A stretch of DNA of 64,000 nucleotides from Alkalispirochaeta sp. (GTDB lineage: Bacteria > Spirochaetota > Spirochaetia > DSM-27196 > Alkalispirochaetaceae). The stretch covers positions 64,001 through 128,000 of the forward strand of contig CBDESZ010000025.1 in the NCBI GenBank assembly GCA_965242725.1. The letters are read 5' to 3'. The notes below the pieces were generated by a model that saw only the letters and a list, made by a program, of their open reading frames with translations, ran no database searches and had not been told where the DNA came from. Positions 25,165 through 34,701 of this stretch are shown one piece after another. A program made the translations under genes and the position numbers. Numbering within the stretch: the stretch's first letter is position 1; every line of letters begins with the position of its first letter.

Positions 25165-26553
25165 TTATGCTCCTTCCGGACCGGCGCTCCCGTATGCGTA
25201 GCGCCGCGGTTTGATTCTCTCCGATTCGATTCGTTTCAGCGCCGGCGTGACGATTTCCCACGCCGCCGCAAGTTCCTGTTTCTGAATAAAGAGCGAGCGG
25301 TCTCCCCGCAGTACGTCCAGGAGCAACCGCTCATACGCCTCAGGGAGGGTAGCTGCAAACTGCTGCTGATAGAGCATGTTCAGCAGTACTTCCGCAGACT
25401 GGAACTGCATGCCCGGGACCTTGTTGTTTACGATCAGTTCAATCGCCTCGTTGGGCTGCACCCTGATACGCAGGGAGTTGCCCACCACGCCGGGGAAGAT
25501 GCTGTAGGGGAGCTCCTTGAAAGTGATGACAATCTCCGTCTTTTGCGTGTCCAGCGCCTTGCCCGCGCTGAGATAGAAGGGCACGCCGTACCAGCGTGGT
25601 GTGGTGACGTAGAGCGTCGTGGATACGTAGGTCTCCGTCACCGAACCGTCCGGTACGCCCTGATCGTCGAGATACCCCTCGTATTGGCCCGTAACGGTAT
25701 TTTCAAGATCGAGGGGCGTCGTCGCCCGGAGGACCTTGGTCTTTTCCTCGGCAATTTCATGTGCGTCCAGCCGGATGGGCTGTTCCATCGCCGTGAGCGC
25801 CATCGTCTGAAGGAGGTGGTTCTGCAGGACGTCCCGTATGATCCCGAAATGGTCAAAATAACCCGCCCGGCCTTCCACCCCGATCTTCTCGGAAAACGAG
25901 ATTGAAATGGACTCCACGTGGTCGCGGTTCCAGATCGGTTCAAAGATACGATTGCCGAATCGAAGAATCAGGAGGTTCTGGATCACCTCCTTGCCGAGGT
26001 AGTGGTCGATCCGGTAGGTCTGCTCTTCCGTGAATATTTCACCAAGAGCCCGTGTCAGCTCCGCCGAGCTTTCCGTATCCCTGCCGAAGGGTTTTTCAAT
26101 GACCACCCGTGACCAGTCCCGGCTCTCCTCATCGGAGAGTCCCGCCTGCCGAATGGAGTGGGCGGTCTTCAGAAAGACGCTCGGCGGTATGGCCATATAC
26201 ATGAGCATGCTCGCCCGCGGCCCGTTGAGTCCTTCCAGACGCCGGCCCAGCGCCCGAAAGTCATCGGCGTTATCATACTGGCCGGTGTGGTAGTGACAGC
26301 GTTTCAGGAAGCGCCCCACCTTGATGTCGCACTGGCTCGGTTCCGGCTCAAAGCGGCACGTCAGCGTTTCCGCAACCTGATGTCGAAACTCAGTGTCCGA
26401 CATCTCCGAGCGGGCGAAACCGACGACGTGAAACCGTTCCGGGAGAAAATCATTGCAATAGAGATTAAAGAGGGCGGGCAGGAGCTTCTTACGGGTAAGG
26501 TCACCGGACGCACCGATTATGACGATATTCACAGGAGTAGTTGTAGCGCTCAC
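25165..26553 (-). CDS. zwf: Glucose-6-phosphate 1-dehydrogenase
   Basis: GASGDLTRKKLLPAL, EKPFG, RIDHYLGKE, RDVLQNHLLQ. Confidence 0.97.
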   Translation of the reverse strand: MSATTTPVNIVIIGASGDLTRKKLLPALFNLYCNDFLPERFHVVGFARSEMSDTEFRHQVAETLTCRFEPEPSQCDIKVGRFLKRCHYHTGQYDNADDFRALGRRLEGLNGPRASMLMYMAIPPSVFLKTAHSIRQAGLSDEESRDWSRVVIEKPFGRDTESSAELTRALGEIFTEEQTYRIDHYLGKEVIQNLLILRFGNRIFEPIWNRDHVESISISFSEKIGVEGRAGYFDHFGIIRDVLQNHLLQTMALTAMEQPIRLDAHEIAEEKTKVLRATTPLDLENTVTGQYEGYLDDQGVPDGSVTETYVSTTLYVTTPRWYGVPFYLSAGKALDTQKTEIVITFKELPYSIFPGVVGNSLRIRVQPNEAIELIVNNKVPGMQFQSAEVLLNMLYQQQFAATLPEAYERLLLDVLRGDRSLFIQKQELAAAWEIVTPALKRIESERIKPRRYAYGSAGPEGA

Positions 26554-26594
26554 AGTGGGCTATCATAGCACGCTGACGGAAGGCAGGTGAAGCA

Positions 26595-27320
26595 ATGCTC
26601 TACGGGCATCCCCATATCTATGACTCCCTCTACGGACACTTCTCCGAGGACATTCCCTTTTACCTTGACCTCGCCCGGTCGCGGGAGGGACCGGTGTGTG
26701 AACTCGCCTGCGGAAGCGGCCGGGTGACGGTGCCCCTCGCCCTTGAGGGCGTTGAGATTCTCGGCATAGACAGTTCTCCCCACATGATTGCCGCCGCCGA
26801 GCGCCGCGCCCGGGCACATTGGGTGCCGGCGGGCCGGATCGCCTTTGCCGAGGGAGATATGCGCTCTCCCCCCGACGACGGCCGTTTCGGGCTCGTCATT
26901 ATTCCCCTCCACAGTCTCTCCCATCTGCATGAAACGGCCGACGTCCGCGCCTGCCTCTCCGGTGTCCGCGGTGCCCTCCGTCAGGGCGGCCTCTTCGCAT
27001 TCGCCGTCCACAACCCCGATCCGGCGGTTCTTTCCCGCCCTCCCGAAGGGATATATCCCATTCATGGTGATACGGTCCCGTCGGCGTACGAGTCCGTTCG
27101 CTACGACGGCGCGCGGCAGCTGCTCCATCTTTCCTGGTATATCGAGAATGACGATGAGACGGTGCGGTTCGACTATTCCCTGCGGATGTTCTTTCCCCTC
27201 GAAATCGTTGCGTTACTTGAGTGGTGCGGATTCCGCATCGTGGCGCAATACGGCTGGTATGACCGATCTCCCTTTGTCGGGGAGAGCGGAACTCACATCA
27301 TCGTCGCTCGGAGGGACTGA
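26595..27320 (+). CDS. Class I SAM-dependent methyltransferase
   Basis: DIPFY, ELACGSGR, GIDSS, GDMR motifs. Confidence 0.9.
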   Translation: MLYGHPHIYDSLYGHFSEDIPFYLDLARSREGPVCELACGSGRVTVPLALEGVEILGIDSSPHMIAAAERRARAHWVPAGRIAFAEGDMRSPPDDGRFGLVIIPLHSLSHLHETADVRACLSGVRGALRQGGLFAFAVHNPDPAVLSRPPEGIYPIHGDTVPSAYESVRYDGARQLLHLSWYIENDDETVRFDYSLRMFFPLEIVALLEWCGFRIVAQYGWYDRSPFVGESGTHIIVARRD

Positions 27321-27862
27321 AAGTGACGCCGGGCGTACTCCCGGTACCGTCCGGCGGAACGCGGAAGATCGGCTATCTCTTCCGGGCGCAGCTTCCGTAT
27401 CACCTTTGCAGGAACGCCGGCGACGAGGGTGCCCGTCGCAACCTCCATACCGGGAGGAACGAGGGCACCGGCGGCGACCATGGCGTGGGTGCGAATAACC
27501 GCACCGTCCAGAACGGTTGCGGAGATACCGACAAGGGTCTCGTCCTCCACGGTGCAGCCGTGGAGACGGGCCGCGTGTCCCACCGTCACCCGGTTTCCGA
27601 TGGAGAGGGGAAATCGATCGTGGGTGACGTGGAGCACGCTGTTGTCCTGGATATTGGTTTCATCTCCGATACGAACCCAGTGGACGTCGCCCCGAATGGT
27701 GCAGTTGTACCAGACGGCGCTTCCCCGTCCGATATGCACGTCACCGATAATGCGCACTCCGTCAAAGACGAAGGCATCGTCCGCAATCCGGGGGTGGAGC
27801 AGATCGCCTGACGCCGTCTCATAGGCGGCTACCGTCGCCTGCGGTGAAACCCATCCTCCCAT
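27293..27862 (-). CDS. Gamma-carbonic anhydrase family (YrdA/PaaY-like) protein
   Basis: Hexapeptide repeats; IRGDV, NIQDNSVLH, VGHAARLHGC. Confidence 0.92.
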   Translation of the reverse strand: MGGWVSPQATVAAYETASGDLLHPRIADDAFVFDGVRIIGDVHIGRGSAVWYNCTIRGDVHWVRIGDETNIQDNSVLHVTHDRFPLSIGNRVTVGHAARLHGCTVEDETLVGISATVLDGAVIRTHAMVAAGALVPPGMEVATGTLVAGVPAKVIRKLRPEEIADLPRSAGRYREYARRHFQSLRATMM

Positions 27863-27874
27863 CGTTGTCTCCCC

Positions 27875-30064
27875 CTAGGCCTGAAAGATTGCGCGACAGT
27901 TCTGTGCCCGCAGCGTCAACTGCTCCAGCAGTTTCCATCGGACAATAGGAATTTTCTGAACCTCTTCTCCGGGAACACGGTAGAGTCTGACATCGCCGCG
28001 GGCGATATACGTGAAGGAAAAGTCCGTCTCTCTGATGATCTCGGCCTCGCCGATACCTTCAAAGGGGCCGGCTATTCCCACCCTTTTTTCGCGACAGTAG
28101 ATATCTACCGTCCCGTCGATGATGAGCAGAAGTTCCCCGCCGGTGGTAAGAGTTTCTCCCGCGGGGACGCGCAACTCCGTGAGTGTCTGGGCAATTGCAT
28201 TGATATTCTCCCCGGAAATACGGTCACCCAGAAGGTACGTACCTTCGAGGAAGTACTTTCGCGTGAGATGTTCCGTCACCGTTCCGCCAAGACCGTTGCG
28301 TTCTATTAGGGAGCGGTACATCTCCCCGGGAATCTCCAGTACCCTGACAAAACTACCGGCACGATAGGTCCGGCGCGTCGGTTCTCCCGCCAGAACCGCG
28401 TGTTCCCCGATCATCGAGCCGACGGTAAGGGTGTTCCGGGTATCCATTTCCGCATCGAGAATCTCCACCAGACCGTCGATGACCAATAGCACGGTGCCGG
28501 GCACCATATGGCGTTTCACAAGGATGGTACCGATGCTGTAGGTGACGGTCCGGCAATTTGCCACCATCTTGACGTCGTAGTCGGGAATATCCCTGAAGTT
28601 GTGACGAATGAGGGTAGTCACGCGGTGTTCAGGGCCGCCGTCATTTCCCCTTATCAATACGTCGGCCATGCCGAAAGAGGTATCCGCACCGATTTCCTTT
28701 TGTTTCAGCGTCAACGGCGTCGAAACGTGGCTCAGCACGATCCGTTCCGACTCATCGTCACGAAAATCCTCGGCGTTGCCGTGAATCATACCGCCGCCGA
28801 TGTCCAGTTTCTTGACGTGAACGGGAGTGAAATAATTCTTCTTCACCTCCGTCGCCAGGGCGACACTGACGGGATCATCCTTTCTGGTCAGCGAATCGAG
28901 CTGGTCGATGGAACAGATATCGGCGAAATGTGCATATGTCCGGTATCCGTCATGCCAGAGGGCGCGAAAAAACATTACCGTCGTCTCTACGGGGTGGGGT
29001 GAGAATACCGGCTTCACCTCAAGGCCATCGATCATATTCCACTGATTCATCGTCAGATCCCGTGGAATGAAAAAACGGTCAAACTCCTCTTCCGGAAAGG
29101 ACATGAGGGCTGAGAGTTTCTTCATCACTGAATGACGGACCTGGGGCGCCGCGTAATAAGGCAGCCGATGGTCCGCCCTGACAAGGGAGGTCAGACCGGC
29201 AAAATGGTCGTCGTGGGCGTGGGTATGAAAGATTCCGTCGATTTCATTGACGCTCATTCCCAGGGAATTGAGGGTGTGAATAACGCTCGGACCCGCATCC
29301 ACCAGGTAAATCCGCCCCTGGAAGACGACAATGCTCGCCATGCATGGACGGTTGATGTCCCATCCGTCACCTTCACCGGTATGGACGATGGAGAAATAGT
29401 CCCGTTTTACCTTCTGCTGCCCAAGGATGTAGGGGGGCTGATAGTGTTCCGTCCGGTCCAGATTGAGGGAGACCTCCTCGTAGTCACCGGCATGGGAAAT
29501 ACGATAGGTGTTGAGGGCGACCCGTTCTATATGAACTCCGGGAATGATTGAGACCGGCTCATTTTCAACAACGATGAAATCGATAAGCTCGTCGGGTCGA
29601 CGGATCTTGCCGAAGGCGAAGGCCGTTTTGATGCGCATGTATTCCTTCGCAGTCGTCTCGTCCACGCCGGCTTCCATCAGCTCTTCGAGGGAAGCCAGTC
29701 CGTAGTTACCACGGAAGATGTACTCTTTCTGCGCCGCGATCTGGTCCCGGGAACCTATAATTATCGGTTTTTTTCCGTCATTGTTGGGGTGGTCGGGGAT
29801 GATCATCCCCTGTCGATAAAGCATCTGGAGAACGGGGAACTCCGCAAGGTTGGAAAACTCTCCGTTCTGGATATTTACATCCGAGAGAAGTATTGCGTTG
29901 GGTCCCGATTCATAGGAGACGCCGCCGCGTTCAATCGAGTTTATGTAACCCCGTCGCATGAGGTGTTTCACGGTATCGGCGGGAGTTCCACAGAGGATTC
30001 GCAGATCCGCCGTGTGTATGTCGACCCAGTATACGCCCGTTGTAACTTTTGACTTCTTCACCAC
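27875..30064 (-). CDS. Metallo-beta-lactamase-fold hydrolase with two C-terminal cNMP-binding-like domains
   Basis: LVDAGP, FHTHAHDDH (HxHxDH), HPVET; C-terminal GSMIGEHAVL...R and FEGIGE-type cNMP segments. Confidence 0.8.
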   Translation of the reverse strand: MVKKSKVTTGVYWVDIHTADLRILCGTPADTVKHLMRRGYINSIERGGVSYESGPNAILLSDVNIQNGEFSNLAEFPVLQMLYRQGMIIPDHPNNDGKKPIIIGSRDQIAAQKEYIFRGNYGLASLEELMEAGVDETTAKEYMRIKTAFAFGKIRRPDELIDFIVVENEPVSIIPGVHIERVALNTYRISHAGDYEEVSLNLDRTEHYQPPYILGQQKVKRDYFSIVHTGEGDGWDINRPCMASIVVFQGRIYLVDAGPSVIHTLNSLGMSVNEIDGIFHTHAHDDHFAGLTSLVRADHRLPYYAAPQVRHSVMKKLSALMSFPEEEFDRFFIPRDLTMNQWNMIDGLEVKPVFSPHPVETTVMFFRALWHDGYRTYAHFADICSIDQLDSLTRKDDPVSVALATEVKKNYFTPVHVKKLDIGGGMIHGNAEDFRDDESERIVLSHVSTPLTLKQKEIGADTSFGMADVLIRGNDGGPEHRVTTLIRHNFRDIPDYDVKMVANCRTVTYSIGTILVKRHMVPGTVLLVIDGLVEILDAEMDTRNTLTVGSMIGEHAVLAGEPTRRTYRAGSFVRVLEIPGEMYRSLIERNGLGGTVTEHLTRKYFLEGTYLLGDRISGENINAIAQTLTELRVPAGETLTTGGELLLIIDGTVDIYCREKRVGIAGPFEGIGEAEIIRETDFSFTYIARGDVRLYRVPGEEVQKIPIVRWKLLEQLTLRAQNCRAIFQA

Positions 30065-30163
30065 CTACCCTCAAATGAAATGTAGACCGGGGAGGCGGCA
30101 ATTTCAAGGCGCAACGCGGCGCGCACACCGGTCCGGGGCGGCTCCGGAAGAGGCGCCGTCGGT

Positions 30164-30739
30164 CTACCAGCCGACCGTCAGCTCCAGAAGGTGTTGTTCG
30201 CTTTCACGGCGTACCGCGTCCGGCAATGCAGGGAAAAAGGAGAGAACTTCTTCAAAGTGGGTGCGGGCGTTGTCACGGTCTCCCATGGCGAGGTAGGTGC
30301 TCGCCAGGGCGAATGTGGTCAAATAGTCTGAACCGTCAAGTTCATGGGCTTCCTTAAGGAGCTGAAACGCCTCGGAGCCGCGTTCGGTTCGACTCAAAAG
30401 GACGCTGAGATTGCGCAAGACGCTGGCGTTGCGGGGGGCACATGACCGGGCGTGACGAAGGTGGTCTTCCGCCTCACGGTACTCCCGTTTTCTCAGATAG
30501 GCGCAGCCCAGCGCCTCCCACGCTTCGGCGGTCTCTTTCTCCCGGGACACGTAGTAGCCCAGTGCCTTAATCGCCTTGTCATTCTCGCCGTTCTCGGTAT
30601 AGGCGATTCCCACGTTCAGCATCGCGTGGAGGTCCGTCGGATCATCGGCCAGAACGGTGTTGAGAAGGTCGATCGCCTCTGCGTACCGCCCCGTCCGGAG
30701 AAGGTGTTCCGATTCTGTGATACGGTCCCGTACTTCCAT
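30164..30739 (-). CDS. Tetratricopeptide repeat protein
   Basis: Helical ~34-aa repeats (AMLNVGIAY, AWEALGCAY, VLRNLSVLL, FALASTY). Confidence 0.9.
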   Translation of the reverse strand: MEVRDRITESEHLLRTGRYAEAIDLLNTVLADDPTDLHAMLNVGIAYTENGENDKAIKALGYYVSREKETAEAWEALGCAYLRKREYREAEDHLRHARSCAPRNASVLRNLSVLLSRTERGSEAFQLLKEAHELDGSDYLTTFALASTYLAMGDRDNARTHFEEVLSFFPALPDAVRRESEQHLLELTVGW

Positions 30740-30821
30740 GGGAAGAAGCTACGAATAACATACCATTCAAGTCAATAATCAACTCCTTTTCGGATCGTCC
30801 TCTTCCGCGTATAGTTGCCTT

Positions 30822-31562
30822 ATGGTGGCGATTCTTCTCATCGGGGACGAAATTCTCTCCGGCAGCGTCAAAGAGGCAAATCTGTATCCCATGTTGACGA
30901 CTCTCAATTCTATCGGATACGGCATTGGAGAGGTGCGCATCGTCCGTGACGACGTCGAAGAGATCGCTTCCGCATTTCGGGACCTCCGGGAACGGTATGA
31001 GTATGTGGTGAGTTCAGGGGGTATCGGACCGACCCACGACGATATTACCATCGAGTCCGCGGCGGAGGCCTTCGACGTTGCCGCCGAAGAACATCCCGAC
31101 ATGATCGCCTTTCTGGAAACGCGTTACGATCTTCCCCTCTCTCCCATGGTCCGCAAGATGGCACTCCTTCCCCGGGGTACCGAGGTGCTCGGCTGCCGGG
31201 AAGGTCAGTGGCCGGTCATACGGTGGGAGAATGTCTTCATTCTGCCGGGGCTTCCCAGAGCGCTGCAGGACAAGATGGAGCGCCTCGCTTCACTGCTCCC
31301 CGGACGGGACAGAATGTGGACCGCCGAGCTCTATCTCAATGTCGATGAGGGGCTCTTTGCCGACTGGCTTGAGGAACAGCAGCGCCTCGCCCCGTCGGTA
31401 TCCATCGGCAGCTATCCCGTGTACGGAGATTACGACTACCGCGCCCGCATCACCGTCCGGGGTGTGAACCGGGACGTCGTTACCCGGGTATTTCGTGACC
31501 TTCGCGCCGCGGCGAATGAGCATGGATGGCTCATACGGGTGGGGGGAGACGTTGATGAGTGA
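30822..31562 (+). CDS. CinA-like molybdopterin-binding-domain protein
   Basis: IGDEILSG, SGGIGPTHDDIT, FILPGLP, SIGSYP. Confidence 0.9.
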   Translation: MVAILLIGDEILSGSVKEANLYPMLTTLNSIGYGIGEVRIVRDDVEEIASAFRDLRERYEYVVSSGGIGPTHDDITIESAAEAFDVAAEEHPDMIAFLETRYDLPLSPMVRKMALLPRGTEVLGCREGQWPVIRWENVFILPGLPRALQDKMERLASLLPGRDRMWTAELYLNVDEGLFADWLEEQQRLAPSVSIGSYPVYGDYDYRARITVRGVNRDVVTRVFRDLRAAANEHGWLIRVGGDVDE

Positions 31563-32349
31563 CGATGTGTTGATGTCGGTGACGATTGACCTGGAAGACG
31601 TCCCGTCCGTGGAGGAGGGACGCTTCCGTACCGAATGGACAGGCGTGCTCCTTCATGGCTTTGGCGCGACCGCCAACGATCTGGTTCCTCTGGCGCCGGA
31701 GCTTGCCGTTGCACGACGGTGGGTGTTTCCCCACGCGCCGGTGCCGATAACCGTTGCGGGTATGTCCTATGGACGAGCGTGGTTTCCCCGGGAGGGGGAA
31801 CACCTCCAACAGGCGCTCTTCGGTACCTATTTCCAGAACCTCCGCGCCATGGAACCTGAAGGTCTTGCGGAATCAGCCCGGGCGGTACGGAACCTTCTGG
31901 ATGAACGGGGAGTACGATGGGATCGGCTCATCCTCGGCGGGTTCAGCCAGGGGGCGATGGTTGCGGCGGAGCTCCTGCGTCAGGGTGCATCGAATCCGGG
32001 ATTGCCGTTGCCCGCCGTCGCGCTGCTCTTTTCCGGCGCCCTCATCGCAGAGTCATGGTGGAAGGAGCCAGGTTTGGTCGACTCGGCGCACCACGGTGCG
32101 TCGCCGGCGGTCGGGGACGGACGTGCCGCCGCCGACGGCTCGGGGGCCCCGGCGCCGGAAGACGTGCTCGTTTTTCAAAGTCACGGTACCGACGACAGCA
32201 TCCTTCCATACTCCGAGGGGATCGCCCTGTCCCGGGTACTGGGAAACGCAGGATTTAATGTGAACTTCGCCGAGTTTTCCGGTGGTCACGAAATTCCGAC
32301 CTCCATCGTTACCCATATCGCAGGGGTGTTGGCGGACCGTCTCATGTAG
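31555..32349 (+). CDS. Alpha/beta hydrolase (phospholipase/carboxylesterase family)
   Basis: LLHGFG, GGFSQG nucleophile motif, HGTDD, GGHEI. Confidence 0.9.
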   Translation: MSDDVLMSVTIDLEDVPSVEEGRFRTEWTGVLLHGFGATANDLVPLAPELAVARRWVFPHAPVPITVAGMSYGRAWFPREGEHLQQALFGTYFQNLRAMEPEGLAESARAVRNLLDERGVRWDRLILGGFSQGAMVAAELLRQGASNPGLPLPAVALLFSGALIAESWWKEPGLVDSAHHGASPAVGDGRAAADGSGAPAPEDVLVFQSHGTDDSILPYSEGIALSRVLGNAGFNVNFAEFSGGHEIPTSIVTHIAGVLADRLM

Positions 32350-32462
32350 CCATCTGTCAGCGGGCCTCCCGGGCGGAGCGGCCCCGAATGCAGCGGCTCC
32401 GAATGCAGCGGCCCCGGGCGGAGTAAAGCCCCCAACGATGACGACCGAAAATCAAAGGGCAG

Positions 32463-33893
32463 ATGGAAAAAAGTATAGTCCTGGCCGTCGACGATGATCC
32501 GGTTCAAATACGGATCATAAAGACCGCGGCGTCGAGGCTCGAGTATCCCTCCATAGAAGTGGTAGGTGCGCAAAGTGTCACCGAAGCACTGGAGATTCTT
32601 GAAGAACGACCGGTCGATCTGGTCCTTACCGACCACCGCCTTCCCGACGGAACCGCCTATGAGGTGGTACAGAAAAGCATCTCATTGAACCCGCTGGTGC
32701 CGGTTGTGGTCATCACCGCATTCGAGTCGGTTGAAGACGCCGTCGGCCTCATGAAGAAGGGCGCCAGGGACTATATCATCAAGCCGATCCGGCCGCAGGC
32801 AATACAGCGAATTCTCATCACGGCGCTCGAAAACCGGCGACGCATGCAGGATGTGCAGGATGTAACTTCCCGGAAGAAGGACGGCGGCGATCAAACCACA
32901 CTCCGGCGAAAAAAAATGCCCGAGATCAGCGATACCACCTCCGACGCAATGCGCCGAGCCCTCAGTATCGCCTCCCGTGCGGCGGGAACCGAGTCGTCGG
33001 TGCTTATCCACGGAGAAAGTGGAACGGGGAAAGAGGTATTGGCGCGTCTGATTCATGCCAACAGTTCCCGTTCAGGAGGTCCCTTTGTACCGGTCAACGT
33101 CGCGGCGATCCCGGAGACGCTTGTGGAGGCGGAACTCTTCGGGCACAAGAAGGGAGCGTATACCGGGGCGATCCACGACCGGGAAGGGTACTTCCAGCGG
33201 GCAAAGGGCGGTACCCTCTTCATAGATGAACTTGGCGATATTCCTCTCCATACCCAGGTCAAGCTTCTCAGGGCGATTCAATTCCGGGAGGTCTATCCGC
33301 TGGGGAGCGAAACGGCGGTACAACTGAATGTGCGTATCATCACGGCGACCAACCGCAACCTTGAAGATCTGATCCAGTCGGGTGAGTTTCGGGAGGATCT
33401 CTTCTACCGCCTGAACGTCATAAACATTGAAATCCCTCCCCTCCGGGAACGACAGAGCGACATCCCCCTGCTGACTGAAACATTCATAAAGCGCTTTGCC
33501 CGGGAAAACGGCCGCAGGATAAAGGGCATCTCCCAGCGGGGTTTGAACTACCTGATTCGATATCGTTTTCCAGGAAATATCAGGGAGCTTGAGAACATCA
33601 TAGAACGCGCGGTGGTTCTCACGGAGGGGCCTCTCATCGTTGAAGGTGATCTTCCTCCCTTTGTGACCGACGCGGACGAGACCGATGATTACATGACCGG
33701 ATGTATTGAGGAGCTGCCTCCGGGCGGCGTGTCCCTTGACGATCAGATCCACGCCCTTGAGCGACGGCTGATCAAGGAAGCGCTGCGGGAGACCGAAGGC
33801 AATCAATCGAAAGCCGCCTCGCTGCTGCATATCACGGAGCGGAGAATGCGCAGCCGCATGGCCCGACTGGATATACCCAATCCCTTCCAGTGA
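32463..33893 (+). CDS. NtrC-family sigma-54-dependent response regulator (REC-AAA+-Fis HTH)
   Basis: Receiver (AVDDD, DHRLPD), GESGTGKE, ELFGHKKGAYTGA, FIDE, FREDLFYRL, FPGNIRELEN, GNQSKAA HTH. Confidence 0.95.
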   Translation: MEKSIVLAVDDDPVQIRIIKTAASRLEYPSIEVVGAQSVTEALEILEERPVDLVLTDHRLPDGTAYEVVQKSISLNPLVPVVVITAFESVEDAVGLMKKGARDYIIKPIRPQAIQRILITALENRRRMQDVQDVTSRKKDGGDQTTLRRKKMPEISDTTSDAMRRALSIASRAAGTESSVLIHGESGTGKEVLARLIHANSSRSGGPFVPVNVAAIPETLVEAELFGHKKGAYTGAIHDREGYFQRAKGGTLFIDELGDIPLHTQVKLLRAIQFREVYPLGSETAVQLNVRIITATNRNLEDLIQSGEFREDLFYRLNVINIEIPPLRERQSDIPLLTETFIKRFARENGRRIKGISQRGLNYLIRYRFPGNIRELENIIERAVVLTEGPLIVEGDLPPFVTDADETDDYMTGCIEELPPGGVSLDDQIHALERRLIKEALRETEGNQSKAASLLHITERRMRSRMARLDIPNPFQ

Positions 33894-33919
33894 GGTCGGG
33901 AATGCGGCGGGGCGTGAAT

Positions 33920-33958
33920 TTCGACCTGCAGGGCGAATTGTTCGACCTCGGGGTCGAA
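33920..33958. promoter_or_regulatory. Tandem palindromic upstream activator sequences (putative enhancer-binding sites)
   Basis: TTCGACC-TGCA-GGGCGAA (33920-33937) and the perfect TTCGACC-TCGG-GGTCGAA (33941-33958), 21 bp apart, ~150-190 bp upstream of the -24/-12 box. Confidence 0.7.
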
Positions 33959-34105
33959 TTTGGTTCGGAATCGGAGCGTTCCGGAACCGGGAATGCCGGT
34001 GTCCTGCACCGCGGGGATCATGAATCTGCAAGTTACGGTGCAGAAAGGAATTACGATTGAGTTTTGTATCGATTATTCCTGAATGAATTCGTCAGAAAGA
34101 AGGCT

Positions 34106-34122
34106 TTGGCATGGGAATTGCT
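34106..34122 (+). promoter_or_regulatory. Sigma-54 (-24/-12) promoter of the pilus operon
   Basis: TTGGCATGGGAATTGCT has exact GG-N10-GC spacing and ends ~45 nt before the pilin ATG. Confidence 0.85.
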
Positions 34123-34166
34123 TCAATATATGTGGTGGCCATGATGCCACCAAGGAGAAAAATGTT

Positions 34167-34652
34167 ATGACCCACAAAAAACTTCTCATGGTTGCAGGTT
34201 TGCTGTTGCTCTCGCTGGGTGTTGTCGTTGCGGACGCAGATTTCAACAACAGCCCTCAAACAATGACAATTACCGGCGTCGTTGGACAGGTACAGCGCAT
34301 TGTGCTGCCCGGTAACCAGACGTTTAATCTGACCGGAAATGCAGCCGATGGATCGGTCAGTCTCGGTACCATGTCGATTTTCAGTAACGTCAGTTACACA
34401 GTTACCGTGTCGTCGACAAATACTTTTCAACTGACGTCGAGTACGACAAGTGAGAGTATTTCCTATGACCTCTCCGTCGGAAGCAACGCAGTCAATGAGG
34501 GCACAGGCGCCGCCATTCCAAGTACACCACGCACAACCGGCGGTGGTGACGACTACGCGCTGGAGCTGACCTACGTCCAGAGCGATGCCGACGAACTGGG
34601 TGAAGCAAACGACTATACCGACACGTTGAGCTTCACTATCGCGTCGCCGTAA
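34167..34652 (+). CDS. Major pilin subunit of a chaperone-usher pilus (spore-coat-U/Csu-like)
   Basis: AAGGAG RBS, Sec signal peptide, ~135-aa S/T-rich beta domain with SN..YTVTVSS.N and C-terminal DYTDTLSFTI; first gene before chaperone and usher. Confidence 0.75.
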   Translation: MTHKKLLMVAGLLLLSLGVVVADADFNNSPQTMTITGVVGQVQRIVLPGNQTFNLTGNAADGSVSLGTMSIFSNVSYTVTVSSTNTFQLTSSTTSESISYDLSVGSNAVNEGTGAAIPSTPRTTGGGDDYALELTYVQSDADELGEANDYTDTLSFTIASP

Positions 34653-34672
34653 CAACTCTGAAAGGAACCGCG

Positions 34673-34701
34673 GCTCAGCCCCGGCGGGCTGAGCTTTTTT
34701 T
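34673..34701 (+). terminator. Intrinsic terminator/attenuator after the pilin gene
   Basis: GCTCAGCCC-CGGC-GGGCTGAGC, a 9-bp stem followed by T7. Confidence 0.9.
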
